From a virus: a stretch of 64,000 nucleotides of DNA. Shown here piece by piece: positions 19,185-30,900 of the stretch. Every line of letters starts with the position of its first letter. Within the stretch, counting starts at the first letter, position 1. The position numbers and the translations under genes are program-made. The stretch covers positions 1 to 64,000 of the IMG/VR virus record IMGVR_UViG_3300042351_000704, one strand, 5' to 3'. The notes beneath the pieces are model-generated. The model ran no database searches, was not told where the DNA came from, and was given only the letters and a program-made list of their open reading frames with translations.

Positions 19185-19739
19185 ATGGCCCAGAAACACC
19201 AGTTAAGTTTAGAGCTGCCTGATACCAATAATATCAGGGTAATGCGTTTATTTGATACCAGCTTGTATGCTGAAGGGTTGCCTGTGGATTGTGGAACCCT
19301 TTCTATTACTTCTCCAGGCTTTAACCTGCCTGTAAATATTGAAGTGCTTCCTGGCTTTAATACAGTGCTTACTGCCTGTACGCTGGGACTTCAAACCACT
19401 GGTTGCCAGGACGCGTCCCAGCCTTTACCAGATGGTATCTATACTATCCGTTATTCCGTATCTCCAGCCAGCAGTGTCTTTGTAGAATACCAGCATCTTC
19501 GTGTTACCCAAACAGCTAACCGTTACTTCAACCTCCTGGGAGAGTTGGAACTGGGAACATGTGAGCCGGATGCAGATTTAAAAGAACAGCTTTCTGAGCT
19601 GAGACTTATCAAGAGTTTTATTGATGCAGCCAAAGCCAAAGTGGAGTATGCACATGATCCTGAATCAGGTATGATGCTTTTGGTGTACGCCAAAAAAAGA
19701 CTGGACAAACTAACCAGTAATAAATGTAATCACTGCTAA
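19185..19739 (+). CDS. virion structural protein (neck/fibre-attachment candidate)
   Basis: LPDGIYTIRYSV beta motif plus helical C-terminus; structural module position. Confidence 0.65.
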   Translation: MAQKHQLSLELPDTNNIRVMRLFDTSLYAEGLPVDCGTLSITSPGFNLPVNIEVLPGFNTVLTACTLGLQTTGCQDASQPLPDGIYTIRYSVSPASSVFVEYQHLRVTQTANRYFNLLGELELGTCEPDADLKEQLSELRLIKSFIDAAKAKVEYAHDPESGMMLLVYAKKRLDKLTSNKCNHC

Positions 19740-19759
19740 TAACCAACAAAAACCAACCT

Positions 19760-19945
19760 ATGAGAACCTGCACAAACTGCGGTAAAGAAATTACCTGTGG
19801 CTGCCAGGACAGAACTGCTTCTAACGGCACAAGGGTGTGCAGCAGTTGTCTGGCTTTTTACGAGCAAATGCTTGTACAAAAAGCAATCGAAGCCTCTAAC
19901 CCCCAATACTATTCCTCTAATCCTGATGAGAACATTATTACCTAA
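19760..19945 (+). CDS. small Cys-rich protein
   Basis: CTNC...CGCQ...CSSC; AAAAACCAACCT-ATG start. Confidence 0.7.
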   Translation: MRTCTNCGKEITCGCQDRTASNGTRVCSSCLAFYEQMLVQKAIEASNPQYYSSNPDENIIT

Positions 19946-20519
19946 TAAAAAGAAGCATTACAAAAACTTTGCTGACGGTGTATTCCGCCAGTACATGAAG
20001 ATGCGTTATGGTATAGACTCTTGCAAATCAGATGTAGACCTGGATCTGCTCAGCATCCGTAAGGACCTGGTAGACTGGGAAGCAGCTGAAGATGCAGGTG
20101 CATTATCTGATACTACGATTCAGTACAAAACCTGGCTGGGTGTCACCTACGATGACGTGCTTTATTCTAAAGGAGGTGTAGGTTTTATAAGCAGCCAGCA
20201 GCGTGTTGGTCCTTCTATGGGACTGAACTATGTTAGTCAAAACATTAATCAGAATATTATTGAGGTGAATACTGGTGGATGTATCACACGTATCAACCTG
20301 AATCCATCTATCGTGGTTAACCAGAACAGTTCGTTTGTGTTTACACAATCAACACCATCTACAGTGTGGGATATTCAACATAACATGAACCTTATTCCAA
20401 ATGTAACCAGTGAAGATGCGACAGGTACTGATATCGTAGGTATCATAGACGTGATTGATAACAACAGACTCAAAGTATATTTTAATCAACCGGTTGCCGG
20501 AAAAGCATACTTATCATAA
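19926..20519 (+). CDS. structural protein with a tail hub-type C-terminal domain
   Basis: ATG at 19926 is the likely start; C-terminal FTQ.TPSTVWDIQHNM...F....AGKAYLS is paralogous to the next gene. Confidence 0.7.
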   Translation: MRTLLPNKKKHYKNFADGVFRQYMKMRYGIDSCKSDVDLDLLSIRKDLVDWEAAEDAGALSDTTIQYKTWLGVTYDDVLYSKGGVGFISSQQRVGPSMGLNYVSQNINQNIIEVNTGGCITRINLNPSIVVNQNSSFVFTQSTPSTVWDIQHNMNLIPNVTSEDATGTDIVGIIDVIDNNRLKVYFNQPVAGKAYLS

Positions 20520-21067
20520 TGGCATTACCCCCAGGACAGCCGACATCGGTAGCATACTATCATGACATTAACCTGATTAAAAACCAGTTGATTAATGCAA
20601 AGCTTCACCCGGTTTCTACTGTGGAGCGTACAGCCCTTGCATCTACACTTAACTCAAATGACCAGGGGCTTATTGTATATGATAAGGATATTACTGTTTT
20701 CTATGTCTGGGATGGTAATGAATTTAGACCAATAGGTCTTACAGATGCAGAAATAGATATGCTGTATGAGGCTTTTGACCGATCTGTAATGGAAATAGAT
20801 GTTATCTCTACTCAAACAGAAAGAACAGTAAAGCTTACTTATAGAGACGACACATTTATACAAGACAGTTTTACATACGCATATATCCATACGCAAAATT
20901 CACCATCTGCTACCTGGGTAGTAAATCATGGGCTTGGAAAGTATCCATCTGTAACAATAGTTGATAGTGCAGAAGAAGAGGTGATAGGAGAAGTGATTTA
21001 CACTAACAGCAATACATTAACCGTAAAGTTCACCGCTGCGTTCAGTGGAAAGGCTTATATAAACTAA
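20519..21067 (+). CDS. tail fibre/hub-associated protein
   Basis: HTQNSPSATWVVNHGLGKYPSVTIVD...FSGKAYIN. Confidence 0.75.
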   Translation: MALPPGQPTSVAYYHDINLIKNQLINAKLHPVSTVERTALASTLNSNDQGLIVYDKDITVFYVWDGNEFRPIGLTDAEIDMLYEAFDRSVMEIDVISTQTERTVKLTYRDDTFIQDSFTYAYIHTQNSPSATWVVNHGLGKYPSVTIVDSAEEEVIGEVIYTNSNTLTVKFTAAFSGKAYIN

Positions 21068-21088
21068 ACTTATAAACAACCCCAACCT

Positions 21089-22303
21089 ATGGCAAAAAAG
21101 TTTTTAACTAACCTGGACCTCGCCAAAAATCAGATTCTGAACGTAGCGTTACAGAACTTGGCCACGGCTCCAACCTCTCCTGTAACAGGACAAATTTATT
21201 ACAACACGGCTGACGCCAGAGTTTACTTCTGGGATAGTGCAGCGTGGGTTGACATGTCAGGTGACATCCAGGATGTACTGGGTGGAGCTGGCTTAACAGC
21301 GTCTACATCTGGTAATGGTGACGTAATCACCCTGGATGTAAATGTAGATAACGCTACAATCGAGATCAACGCAGACACCCTGCGCATTAAAGATCTTGGT
21401 GTTACTACAGCAAAACTAGCTGACTCTGCAGTGACCACTGTAAAGATCAATGCTAACGCAGTAACCTTTGCTAAGTTACAACAACTGGCTTCAATGACTA
21501 TTATTGGTAACGTCACTGGCTCTACAGCAAATGCTGCTGAAGTGAGTGTTATTACCGATGGAACATTAGCTACTGCTTCTAATGCCAACATTCCTACATC
21601 TACTGCAGTGAAGACTTACGTAGATGCTCAGATTGGTGCTCTTGGAAATTTAGAAGGAGCCTGGGATGCGTCTACTGGTTCTTTTCCTGTAGGTTCAAGT
21701 CCGGTTGTTGGTACTAAAAAAGGTGACTACTGGTATGTATCAGTTGCTGGTACAGTGGGTGGTATACCTTTTAACGTAGGTGATGTATTGATTGCACTGG
21801 TAAACACTGCTTCAACAACTACATACGCAGCTAACTGGACTTCTTTAGAGGTTAACCGTGACCAGGCTACTACAACTGTACTGGGTCTTGTATTTATTGC
21901 TACACAAACAGAAGTAAATACCGGTACTGATTCAGTTAAAGCCGTGACTCCTGCAACACTTGCTGGTCGTACTGCTACTGAAACAAGAACGGGTATTGCA
22001 GCAATTGCTACTCAGGCTGATACTAACACTGGTACAGATGATACAGAGATTGTTACTCCGCTGAAATTAAAGACCAACCTTGCTACATATAAACATTCAG
22101 CAAACGTTGTGGTAACTACAGCAGGTAACTACACTGTGACACACAACTTGGGTACGACAGATGTAATGGTTAGAGTTTCTGATACAAGCAATAATGAACT
22201 TGTAGTATGTGATGTAACCATCACTTCTGCAAATGTAACAACACTTGCTTTTTCTGGATCTCCTATTGCAGGTACTTACCGAGTTGTTGTGAGTTCACTC
22301 TAA
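21089..22303 (+). CDS. tail fibre protein
   Basis: VTTAKLADSAVTTVKI repeats, ATQTEVNTGTD..AVTP repeats, THNLGT C-terminal domain. Confidence 0.85.
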   Translation: MAKKFLTNLDLAKNQILNVALQNLATAPTSPVTGQIYYNTADARVYFWDSAAWVDMSGDIQDVLGGAGLTASTSGNGDVITLDVNVDNATIEINADTLRIKDLGVTTAKLADSAVTTVKINANAVTFAKLQQLASMTIIGNVTGSTANAAEVSVITDGTLATASNANIPTSTAVKTYVDAQIGALGNLEGAWDASTGSFPVGSSPVVGTKKGDYWYVSVAGTVGGIPFNVGDVLIALVNTASTTTYAANWTSLEVNRDQATTTVLGLVFIATQTEVNTGTDSVKAVTPATLAGRTATETRTGIAAIATQADTNTGTDDTEIVTPLKLKTNLATYKHSANVVVTTAGNYTVTHNLGTTDVMVRVSDTSNNELVVCDVTITSANVTTLAFSGSPIAGTYRVVVSSL

Positions 22304-22315
22304 TAAATCTTATTA

Positions 22316-25300
22316 ATGAAGTTTCTTTCTGATATTTTAGCTAGAGCTGGCTTGGTAGTAGAAGGTGTGGTTACGTTGAACAACGTAGCCAATGCTACTA
22401 TTGATACAGACAAATTTTTAACAGTTGACTCCGGTGTGGTTAAATTCCGCACTGGAGCTCAGTTGTTGTCAGACATTGGCGGGCAGTCTTTGCTCACAAA
22501 CCCAGTTACCGGCACAGGTACAAGTGGACAGGTAGCTTACTTTAATGGTACTACAAGTTTAACAAGTTCTGCAACTTTTGCTTTTACACCTACATCACAG
22601 TTATTAGTTAATAATAGTGTTACGGCTGCATCTGCAATAGCAAGAGGTACTAACCTTACTCCTACATTAACGGCATCTGCTAATAGTGATGTTCTTGTGG
22701 GATTGGATATAAATCCAACGTTTAGTAATGGTGCTTTTACGGGGGTGAGTAATGTTGGGTTGAGAACACAATCCATATTAGTTGGCACTTCAATAATTAC
22801 AGGGGTTACTGATGCTGTTCAAGTTAAATTATCAAATGCAATAGTATCACTACAAAATACAACAGCTACAAATTATGCAGGTGTTAATATGTATGACGAT
22901 AGTAATACATTAGCAGGAAGTTTTGCAATTGGTGGTACTGCAGCGTCAGTACCTTCGCTTGCAGGTAATTTCTTATTTGGAGCAAGAAGAGCTGCAGGTA
23001 GAACAATAATTGTAGGTGGTGCAAGTGCTACTCAATTAGCTACAATGTTTTCTACTGGTAACTTCCTTATACAAAATTCAGGTACACACACAGACGCAGG
23101 TTTCCGTCTTGACGTTAATGGTACTGCAAGAGTACAGGGGGTTATTACAGGTAGTGTAAATGGTGGTAGTTTAATTTTGGGTACTGCAAGTTCAAATAGT
23201 CCTGCAATAACTATTACAGGTTATTATGTAGGTAATGGTGCAATTAATATAACTACTACTAATCCAAGGTCTTTCAATTCTGTTATAGGTGGACAAGGTA
23301 ATGGTATTGTACTCACGTATAATGGGGTTGCCCAAGGTCAAGGTGGAACTAATACTTACTTTATTGCATCAGGAAATATAAATCTTACTGATGGTGCTAT
23401 TGATTTAAATGGATTTAATTTTAGTCCTACAATAGTTAGTGCAACAGGTGCTACTATAAAAGCATTTTCAAGTGGGTTATCTGCTGCAACTAATCGTTGG
23501 AACTTATTTATGAGCGGGTCTGCTTCTAATTATTTAGAAGGCGATACTGCAATAGGAACTATCACATTAGGTACTGCAACTAAGTTCACATTAGGTGGCT
23601 CAGAAACGGCATCCTCTGCCATAGCAAGAGGTGGATTAATAAACACTACCTTAGTAGCAGCAGCAAACAATGATGTATTAGTAGGATTAGATATTAACCC
23701 TACGTTTACTAATGGTGCGTTTACGGGGGTGCAGAATATTGCATTAAGAACAGTTGGTTCAGGTAGAATAGATTTTAATAATTTATTAAAAATTTTACCT
23801 AATGGAGGAGCAGGAGGTAATGCATATATTTATACTGAAGGTTCTTCTGTGTTAATTATACAAGGACAATTAGGAACAAATATTGGATGGAATAATAATG
23901 CAAATACAACTTGGTCGACTACTATAGGAAATGGAGCGTCAAGAACTGCAATTCTTGGTTTATTTAAAAGTGATAATGTAGAGATTGGTAGAGTATTTAA
24001 TACAGGAAACGTATTATTACAAAATGGAGGTACATTCACAGACGCAGGCTTTAGGTTAGATGTAAATGGTACTGCAAGAGTAAGTGGTGCTGCTACTTTA
24101 TCTAATTTAGCAGGTACAGGTACAAGAATGGTTGTTGCTGATGCAAATGGATTATTATCTACCCAAGCAATTGCTAGTGGTGCAGTAACAGGGACAGGTA
24201 CAACCAACTATATACCTAAGTTTACTAGTTCTAGTTCTATTGGTAACAGTATAATATTTGATGACGGAAACTGTATTGGTATCAATACATCTTCTCCGTA
24301 TAGTGCATCTCAGTTTAAGCTGGATGTAAACGGTGGTTTTATTGTTAAAAACACCTCGGGAGTTAACGCTCAGTTTGTAATGATTAACTCAGACCCTGCT
24401 GCGGGAGGGAATAACGCGTTTTTTGTACAGACTGTTGGAGGTGCAACTACAACTACCTGGGCACAGATTCAAACATATTATGGTACTTCAATAGCAGCCG
24501 GAGCATTAAGACTGCAGCCAGCAGGTGGTCAGATCTTAGTGGGGACAACGACAGCTTCAGCATTTACAGTTGATCTAAACGGTACATTAAGAGTTTCGAG
24601 TCAGTTGACTTTAGGATCTACTATAACAAACGGAACATTTACTTACACTTTACCAGGTGCTACCGGCACCCTGGCTCTTACAAGTGATATTACTACAGCT
24701 GTAGCTAACTTGGTTGCATCTGCACCAGCTGCCCTTGATACATTAAACGAACTTGCTGCTGCTTTAGGTAATGATGCTGCTTTCTCTACAACTGTAACTA
24801 CTGCTTTAGGTAATAGATTACGTATAGATACTGCATCTCAAGGATTAACAGGAACTCAACAAAGTAATGGTCGTACTAACTTAGGGCTAGGTTCGTTATC
24901 TATTTTGTCTTCTATAGGAAATGCTAATATAACCGATCTTGCTTATTCTAAACTTACAGGTGTTCCAAGTACATTTCCTCCTTCAGCTCACACGCACGTG
25001 TGGACTGATATTACAGATAGACCTACTAACTTAAGTGCATTTACAAACGGACCTGGTTACATAACATCTTCTTCTTTATCTTCTTACGTTCCGTACACTG
25101 GTGCTACAACCAATGTAAACCTTGGAAACAATACTTTATCTGTAGGTTTTATAAACATTCTGGGTAGTGCACTGGGAGCTGCTGGTTATTTAGGACTTAG
25201 ACAAAATGCTAGTATTATATATGCAGGTAGTGGTTATACAAGTATAGTTGCAGAAGATAAAACTTTTCTGTCTATACAGTTTGACCAGGACGGAGGAACT

Positions 25301-27895
25301 AACGGTAAGTTTGCAAGATTTAATGCAGCTGCACTAACTAATAACACACAAAGAACCTATAGTCTACCTAATGCTAGTGGAACTTTAGCACTTACAAGTG
25401 ATATACCTACTGTGGCTGGTGTATACTTACCGTTATCTGGTGGAACTCTTACAGGTGCTTTAGGTGGTACAAGTGCTACATTTAGTACTCAATTAGTAGT
25501 AACGGGATCTACCAATGAGCAATTGGTTTTGTCTTATACGGCCGCAAGTGGAGGGTTTACTTGGCAATCATTTCGTTTAAACGGAACTAATAGATATAGG
25601 ATATTTGGTAACACTGATAATAGTTTTACCTTATGGAGTGATGTTTTATCTTCAAATGTATTAGCAATAGCCTCTACAGGAGCAGCTACATTCTCAAGTA
25701 GTGTATATGCAGGAGCCTCATCAAGATTTGGTTTTGGAAGCTCAGGAGCTGAAAGAGGTAGTATTGCTTTAGATGGTGGATTCAATTGGTCGTTTAATAC
25801 AAATAGTATAGGGAATGCTATGTATATACAATCAACTACAGGTAATGTAGTAATTGGAAATACAGTTGCATCAAATGTCGGATTGACAATATACGGAGCA
25901 AACGCTGCAACTATTTACCAAACTGCAAACACAGGAACAGGAGCAGGAAATGGTTTTTATGTTGGGCATACAGGAGATATAAGCTATATATGGAATTATA
26001 ATAATTACCCAACTGTTTTTGCTACGAACAACACCGAACGTATGCGCATAACAAGTGGCGGCCAGGTGCAGGTAACAAACACCACAGGAGATACCCACTT
26101 AGGAGCATTTGGAACAGCACCTAGTATTCAGTTTGCTAGTGCAACATCGGGTCCTGCTTTTTGGGGAACCATAGGCATGGCCACTGCTACTAACAACTTC
26201 TTAATAGGAGCTGTAGCAGGAGACTTTGCAATCATTAACAGAGGATCCGTTGTAGGTAGTATACTCTTTGGTTTTAGCTCAGCTGAAAGAATGAGATTGA
26301 GCTCAACCGGTCAGCTTCGTTTGAACGCCTACACATCATCATCAGCATTTACTGGTACAGCAGTAGCTACACTTGCTGTAGACTCTTCTGGTAATGTTAT
26401 CACTGTAACAGGTGGTGGTACAGCTTCTCAATGGACTACATCTGGTAGTAACATACACTATAATACAGGAAATGTTGGTATAGGCACTTCATCACCTGCT
26501 GCTAAACTTGATGTTAATGGTAATGTTATATTTAGAGGATCAAGTTTAGATTCACCATCATTAACATTTAGAGGTTCGGCCTTTGATATGGTGGTTATGG
26601 GTGATAGAACAAGTGGTACTACGGATATTGGTTATGTTAGAATACTTAATCAAGGAACTGCTGTAATAGACTTACCTGGAAACGCAGATCCTGTCTATTT
26701 TAATAATGGAGGGAACGTTGGTATCAATACTACATCTCCAAGTGAAAAGTTGCATGTAAATGGTAATGCTTACATATCTGGTGTAGGTAGTGTGTTATAT
26801 TTTGATACTGACAGTTCATCAAAAACTATATCTCAATATGTTACCAATTTGTATGAGTTTCATATTCTTAATGGAAGAGGTAACTCGTCTAGATTTATAT
26901 TAGGGAATGGTTCTATATCTCTTGGTACAAGTGCTACACCGCAATTTTATATAAATACTTCTTCAGGTAACGTTGGTATTGGTACTACAACTACAATATA
27001 TGGTAAGTTGTCTGTTAGCTCTGGAAGCTTTAACGGTATTCGTATTGATACTAATGCTGGGTATGATGCTATTAGTATTGGTGGAACCGGTGCTTTTTCA
27101 GTAGATGCTCCAGGTATAGCAGGTGGTAGATTCTATATAGGCAACGGTGGTAATACAGGTATAGGTATAAATAACCCACAATACAAACTTCATGTTTACA
27201 CAAGTGACAATGAAGGTATATATCTTCAGGGCACGGGTGGTGGTATATGGATGAACGTAAAGTCTGCAGCTGGTAAGATGTGGTCATATGGTGCACAGAA
27301 TGATGGTTGTGGCATCTACAACAGAACAGATGGAGTTTACAGAATGTTTATTACTGATTCTGGTGCTACCACGTTTAGTTCATCAGTTACGGCTGGTGGT
27401 AACTTTACGACTACCGCAGATGGTGGTGCTGGTGGATTACGTTTAACATTAAATAATACAGGAGCAGGTGAAGTTCAATATGCATTATTAAGTGGTGGGT
27501 CTGCTGGTACTGGAGTTTTTGGAATAAGAAATGGCTCAACAGGGACAAACTTATTTTTAATGAATAGTACCGGTGCAGCAACATTTACGTCATCTATTAC
27601 ATGTACCTCTCTAACAGAAACCTCTACTATAAAGGTAAAGGAAAACATTGTCAACGTAGACTCAGCTCTTGACCAGGTGGAGAAGCTCCAGGCGGTATCC
27701 TATAACAGAAAAGGATCTGCAGTAAAAGAGATCGGTCTTATAGCAGAAGCAGTAGAAGAGATCTACCCAGAGTTTGTACAATACGACCAGCACGGGGAAC
27801 CGATTGGTCTTCACTACTCACGTCTTACAGCAGTGCTGATAGAATCAGTGAAAGAGCTTAAGAACAGAATACAACAACTAGAAAATAGAAACTAA
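22316..27895 (+). CDS. long tail fibre with C-terminal peptidase S74 (intramolecular chaperone) domain
   Basis: GNVGIGT repeats, APAALDTLNELAAALGND, C-terminal ETST..VKENI...IGLIAE...LIESVKEL coiled coil. Confidence 0.9.
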   Translation: MKFLSDILARAGLVVEGVVTLNNVANATIDTDKFLTVDSGVVKFRTGAQLLSDIGGQSLLTNPVTGTGTSGQVAYFNGTTSLTSSATFAFTPTSQLLVNNSVTAASAIARGTNLTPTLTASANSDVLVGLDINPTFSNGAFTGVSNVGLRTQSILVGTSIITGVTDAVQVKLSNAIVSLQNTTATNYAGVNMYDDSNTLAGSFAIGGTAASVPSLAGNFLFGARRAAGRTIIVGGASATQLATMFSTGNFLIQNSGTHTDAGFRLDVNGTARVQGVITGSVNGGSLILGTASSNSPAITITGYYVGNGAINITTTNPRSFNSVIGGQGNGIVLTYNGVAQGQGGTNTYFIASGNINLTDGAIDLNGFNFSPTIVSATGATIKAFSSGLSAATNRWNLFMSGSASNYLEGDTAIGTITLGTATKFTLGGSETASSAIARGGLINTTLVAAANNDVLVGLDINPTFTNGAFTGVQNIALRTVGSGRIDFNNLLKILPNGGAGGNAYIYTEGSSVLIIQGQLGTNIGWNNNANTTWSTTIGNGASRTAILGLFKSDNVEIGRVFNTGNVLLQNGGTFTDAGFRLDVNGTARVSGAATLSNLAGTGTRMVVADANGLLSTQAIASGAVTGTGTTNYIPKFTSSSSIGNSIIFDDGNCIGINTSSPYSASQFKLDVNGGFIVKNTSGVNAQFVMINSDPAAGGNNAFFVQTVGGATTTTWAQIQTYYGTSIAAGALRLQPAGGQILVGTTTASAFTVDLNGTLRVSSQLTLGSTITNGTFTYTLPGATGTLALTSDITTAVANLVASAPAALDTLNELAAALGNDAAFSTTVTTALGNRLRIDTASQGLTGTQQSNGRTNLGLGSLSILSSIGNANITDLAYSKLTGVPSTFPPSAHTHVWTDITDRPTNLSAFTNGPGYITSSSLSSYVPYTGATTNVNLGNNTLSVGFINILGSALGAAGYLGLRQNASIIYAGSGYTSIVAEDKTFLSIQFDQDGGTNGKFARFNAAALTNNTQRTYSLPNASGTLALTSDIPTVAGVYLPLSGGTLTGALGGTSATFSTQLVVTGSTNEQLVLSYTAASGGFTWQSFRLNGTNRYRIFGNTDNSFTLWSDVLSSNVLAIASTGAATFSSSVYAGASSRFGFGSSGAERGSIALDGGFNWSFNTNSIGNAMYIQSTTGNVVIGNTVASNVGLTIYGANAATIYQTANTGTGAGNGFYVGHTGDISYIWNYNNYPTVFATNNTERMRITSGGQVQVTNTTGDTHLGAFGTAPSIQFASATSGPAFWGTIGMATATNNFLIGAVAGDFAIINRGSVVGSILFGFSSAERMRLSSTGQLRLNAYTSSSAFTGTAVATLAVDSSGNVITVTGGGTASQWTTSGSNIHYNTGNVGIGTSSPAAKLDVNGNVIFRGSSLDSPSLTFRGSAFDMVVMGDRTSGTTDIGYVRILNQGTAVIDLPGNADPVYFNNGGNVGINTTSPSEKLHVNGNAYISGVGSVLYFDTDSSSKTISQYVTNLYEFHILNGRGNSSRFILGNGSISLGTSATPQFYINTSSGNVGIGTTTTIYGKLSVSSGSFNGIRIDTNAGYDAISIGGTGAFSVDAPGIAGGRFYIGNGGNTGIGINNPQYKLHVYTSDNEGIYLQGTGGGIWMNVKSAAGKMWSYGAQNDGCGIYNRTDGVYRMFITDSGATTFSSSVTAGGNFTTTADGGAGGLRLTLNNTGAGEVQYALLSGGSAGTGVFGIRNGSTGTNLFLMNSTGAATFTSSITCTSLTETSTIKVKENIVNVDSALDQVEKLQAVSYNRKGSAVKEIGLIAEAVEEIYPEFVQYDQHGEPIGLHYSRLTAVLIESVKELKNRIQQLENRN

Positions 27896-27901
27896 GAATA
27901 T

Positions 27902-30900
27902 ATGGCAGTTTTACAGAGTACATCGATTACTGGTAGTCTTACTATGAACAGCATGACGGCAGGCTTTATGAAAGTCAATGCCCAGGGTGCTGTTGTGATG
28001 GATACTAACACCTACTTGACCGGGGTTACTTCTGGTCAGGTAACTGGTGCTTTAGGGTATACTCCTTATAATAGTAGTAATCCTAGTGGTTATGTTAATT
28101 CATCTAACTGGGCTATACTTTCCGGTGCAACTAGTTATAATACAGATAGAACTACTAAAGTAAGTAATGGACTTGCTATATATAGTGCTTATAGCGGAGG
28201 AGCTAATAGTCCAACTACTTATGATATATCTGCTCAATATGTTGTGGCTGGTAAAGGAATGGAAATGGCAGCTTCTTGGCATTCCCCAAGCGCAACAATG
28301 TTTTTTAGAACTTTAAGAGATTGTTGTGATAACTGGTCTTCATGGGTTACTATGCTTTCATCAGCTAATTTTAACTCATATGCTTTACCATTAACTGGTG
28401 GAACGTTATCAGGTAACTTATATGTCACTAATTCATCAACAGTTGGTGCAATTTTTTTAAGTGGAGCTCAGTCTGGTGCTAGGCAATATATGATACAAAA
28501 TGGCATCACAGGTATAAGTAATTCAGGTTTACAAATAAGAGATGTTACAGGTAATGCAAGTTTAGTATATTTTGATACAAGTTATAATGCAAGTTTTGGT
28601 GCTGGTATATGGGCAACATCTGGTAACTTTTCAGCAGCAATATCTGCATCTAACATAAGTAGCGGAGTAAATGCTAGTCATATAGTACAGCGTGATGGTA
28701 ATGGGTACATATACGCTAACCATATTAACTTTAATACACCAGAATCCGAGAACCCTGCTATTAGTAGCTTTATAACTTCTAATGGTGATGGGTGGTCTAG
28801 AAAGTCTAGTCTTGCACACGTGAGAAATCAGCTTGGAAACTATGGTGGATGGATAACATCTTCAGGAAGTATAACTGGTAATGCTGCTACAGCAACATAC
28901 GCTACTAATGCTACTAGATTATATGCTAGCGATGGTTCTTATGTATATGGAGGAGCGGCTCCATATTACATGACAATGACATATGATGGAAGCAGATGGT
29001 TATTACAAGTTACGCCAGGAACACCCGCTGCGGTGAGAGTGGCTTATGCAGATGCTGCGGGATCTGCTTCTTCTGCAGGTAACGCTGATACGGTAGATGG
29101 TTATCATGCTACAAACGCAGCGAGTGGTTTAGCATATTATGCATCTAATGGGTACCTATATGTTCCTTCGTGGATTAATGTTAACGGTGGTGGAATATTT
29201 GCAAGTACAAATAATGCTCATTTAAGACCTAATACAGGTTCTTATGGTGCGTGGGAAATGATTGGTTCTAAAAACGGTTGGTCAGGTATCTGGTTTAATG
29301 ATAGTAGCGACTACTTGATGGCTAATAATAATGAGGTAGGTCATTATCAGCATGGTGTTGGTTGGAAGTTTAGATGGTATCAAGGTACTATGTATATAAG
29401 CAGAGGTACAACAGGCGGTGGTAGTGAGTTTACTGTTCTTGATAGTGGCAACTACACAAACTGGGCAATAGCTAGAGGCGGAGATACAGTATCAGGTCAG
29501 TTTAGTTTTACAAAAACTGATGACCATGCTATTCAGGTTGGTACAATAAGAGGCCGAGCAGTAGGTTCACAAGGCGGAGAATTTATTCAGTTGTATGAAA
29601 GAGTAAATATTGGCGGACCCAATGGTTGGGGTGCGTCAAATACCGGTGCTCCTACTTATGGATTATCTGTATTTGGTGGAGCTACTATTGGGTATGGAAA
29701 TAATGGTGGATTAACAGTTAATGGAAATATAAATGCTCCTAGTGGTTATGTAAGTAATGGTAATCCATGGGGTACTTCAAACTCTGCATTTTTCCCTAAT
29801 GGTATTACTACTGCAGGTGGAACTAACTGGGTATATGGGTTAACATATCTTGGTAATGCACCAGGTAATGGTTCGGGAGCCCAAGTTGAGTCTAATGGTA
29901 GAATTTATGTTAGAGCTAACAGTGCAGCAGCATATAATGGTTTTGCAGGTCAATTTGTAGATAGGAACAGTGCTTCTTCAAATCACGTTCCTTGGTCATT
30001 TGAAAACGAGTGGGGTAATCACTCATGGGGAGTTGTTGCAAGATTTCATATACAACAAGCTTCTGCTGATAGACCTTCTATACAGTTTACTAATGGAACA
30101 AATAACACTCGTTGGGGTGTAGGATATTGCTTTGCAGACGATAACTTTAGAATATCCCAAGACATTGGAATGGCTCCTGATGGATCATCTGGTAGCTGGG
30201 GTACAGAAAGATTTAGAATTAATACAGATGGTACAACATTGCTTGGTATACAAGGATCAAATACAAACGTGTATGGTCTTTTACGCCTTGCAAGCAACAA
30301 CCATTTATATCTAGATAATAATTTTGGACAGACTATAGTTGGTCTTTATTCTGCATCAAGATACCAAGGTGTGTTTGCAATGGGTGATGCTTATAAATTA
30401 CCTGTTGATGGTACATCTACTGGTTCTCTTTATGGTCTTGCTTGGTCTCATCCTAATGCAGGTGGTGTAGCAGGAAACTTAAATACACATGGTCTTCTAG
30501 TACTGGAGAATGGTGGTTTCCTAGCTGCAATATCCGGTTCAATTAGAGCTAGAGATGACATGCGTGCTCCTATCTTCTACGACTCTAATGATACAGGATA
30601 TTATCTTGATATGAATAGTACAAGCAACAGTGCTGGTAGAATTAGAGGTGGTATATTATTTGGCCCTAACCCTACATGGGGTAGATATTTACAAGTAGGT
30701 GGCAATGGAAATCAGAATACTGATTATGCATCAGTTGTAACCACTGACGGAAATCTACATTTAGACTCTCGTGCAGGAAATGCAATGTATCTAAACTATT
30801 ATGCTAATGGTATCATTTATTTAAATGGAGCCACCTATTATATTAGTGCTAATGGTGCTTTTTATAATGGTACAGCTAGTTATGCTAATAGTGCAGGAAA

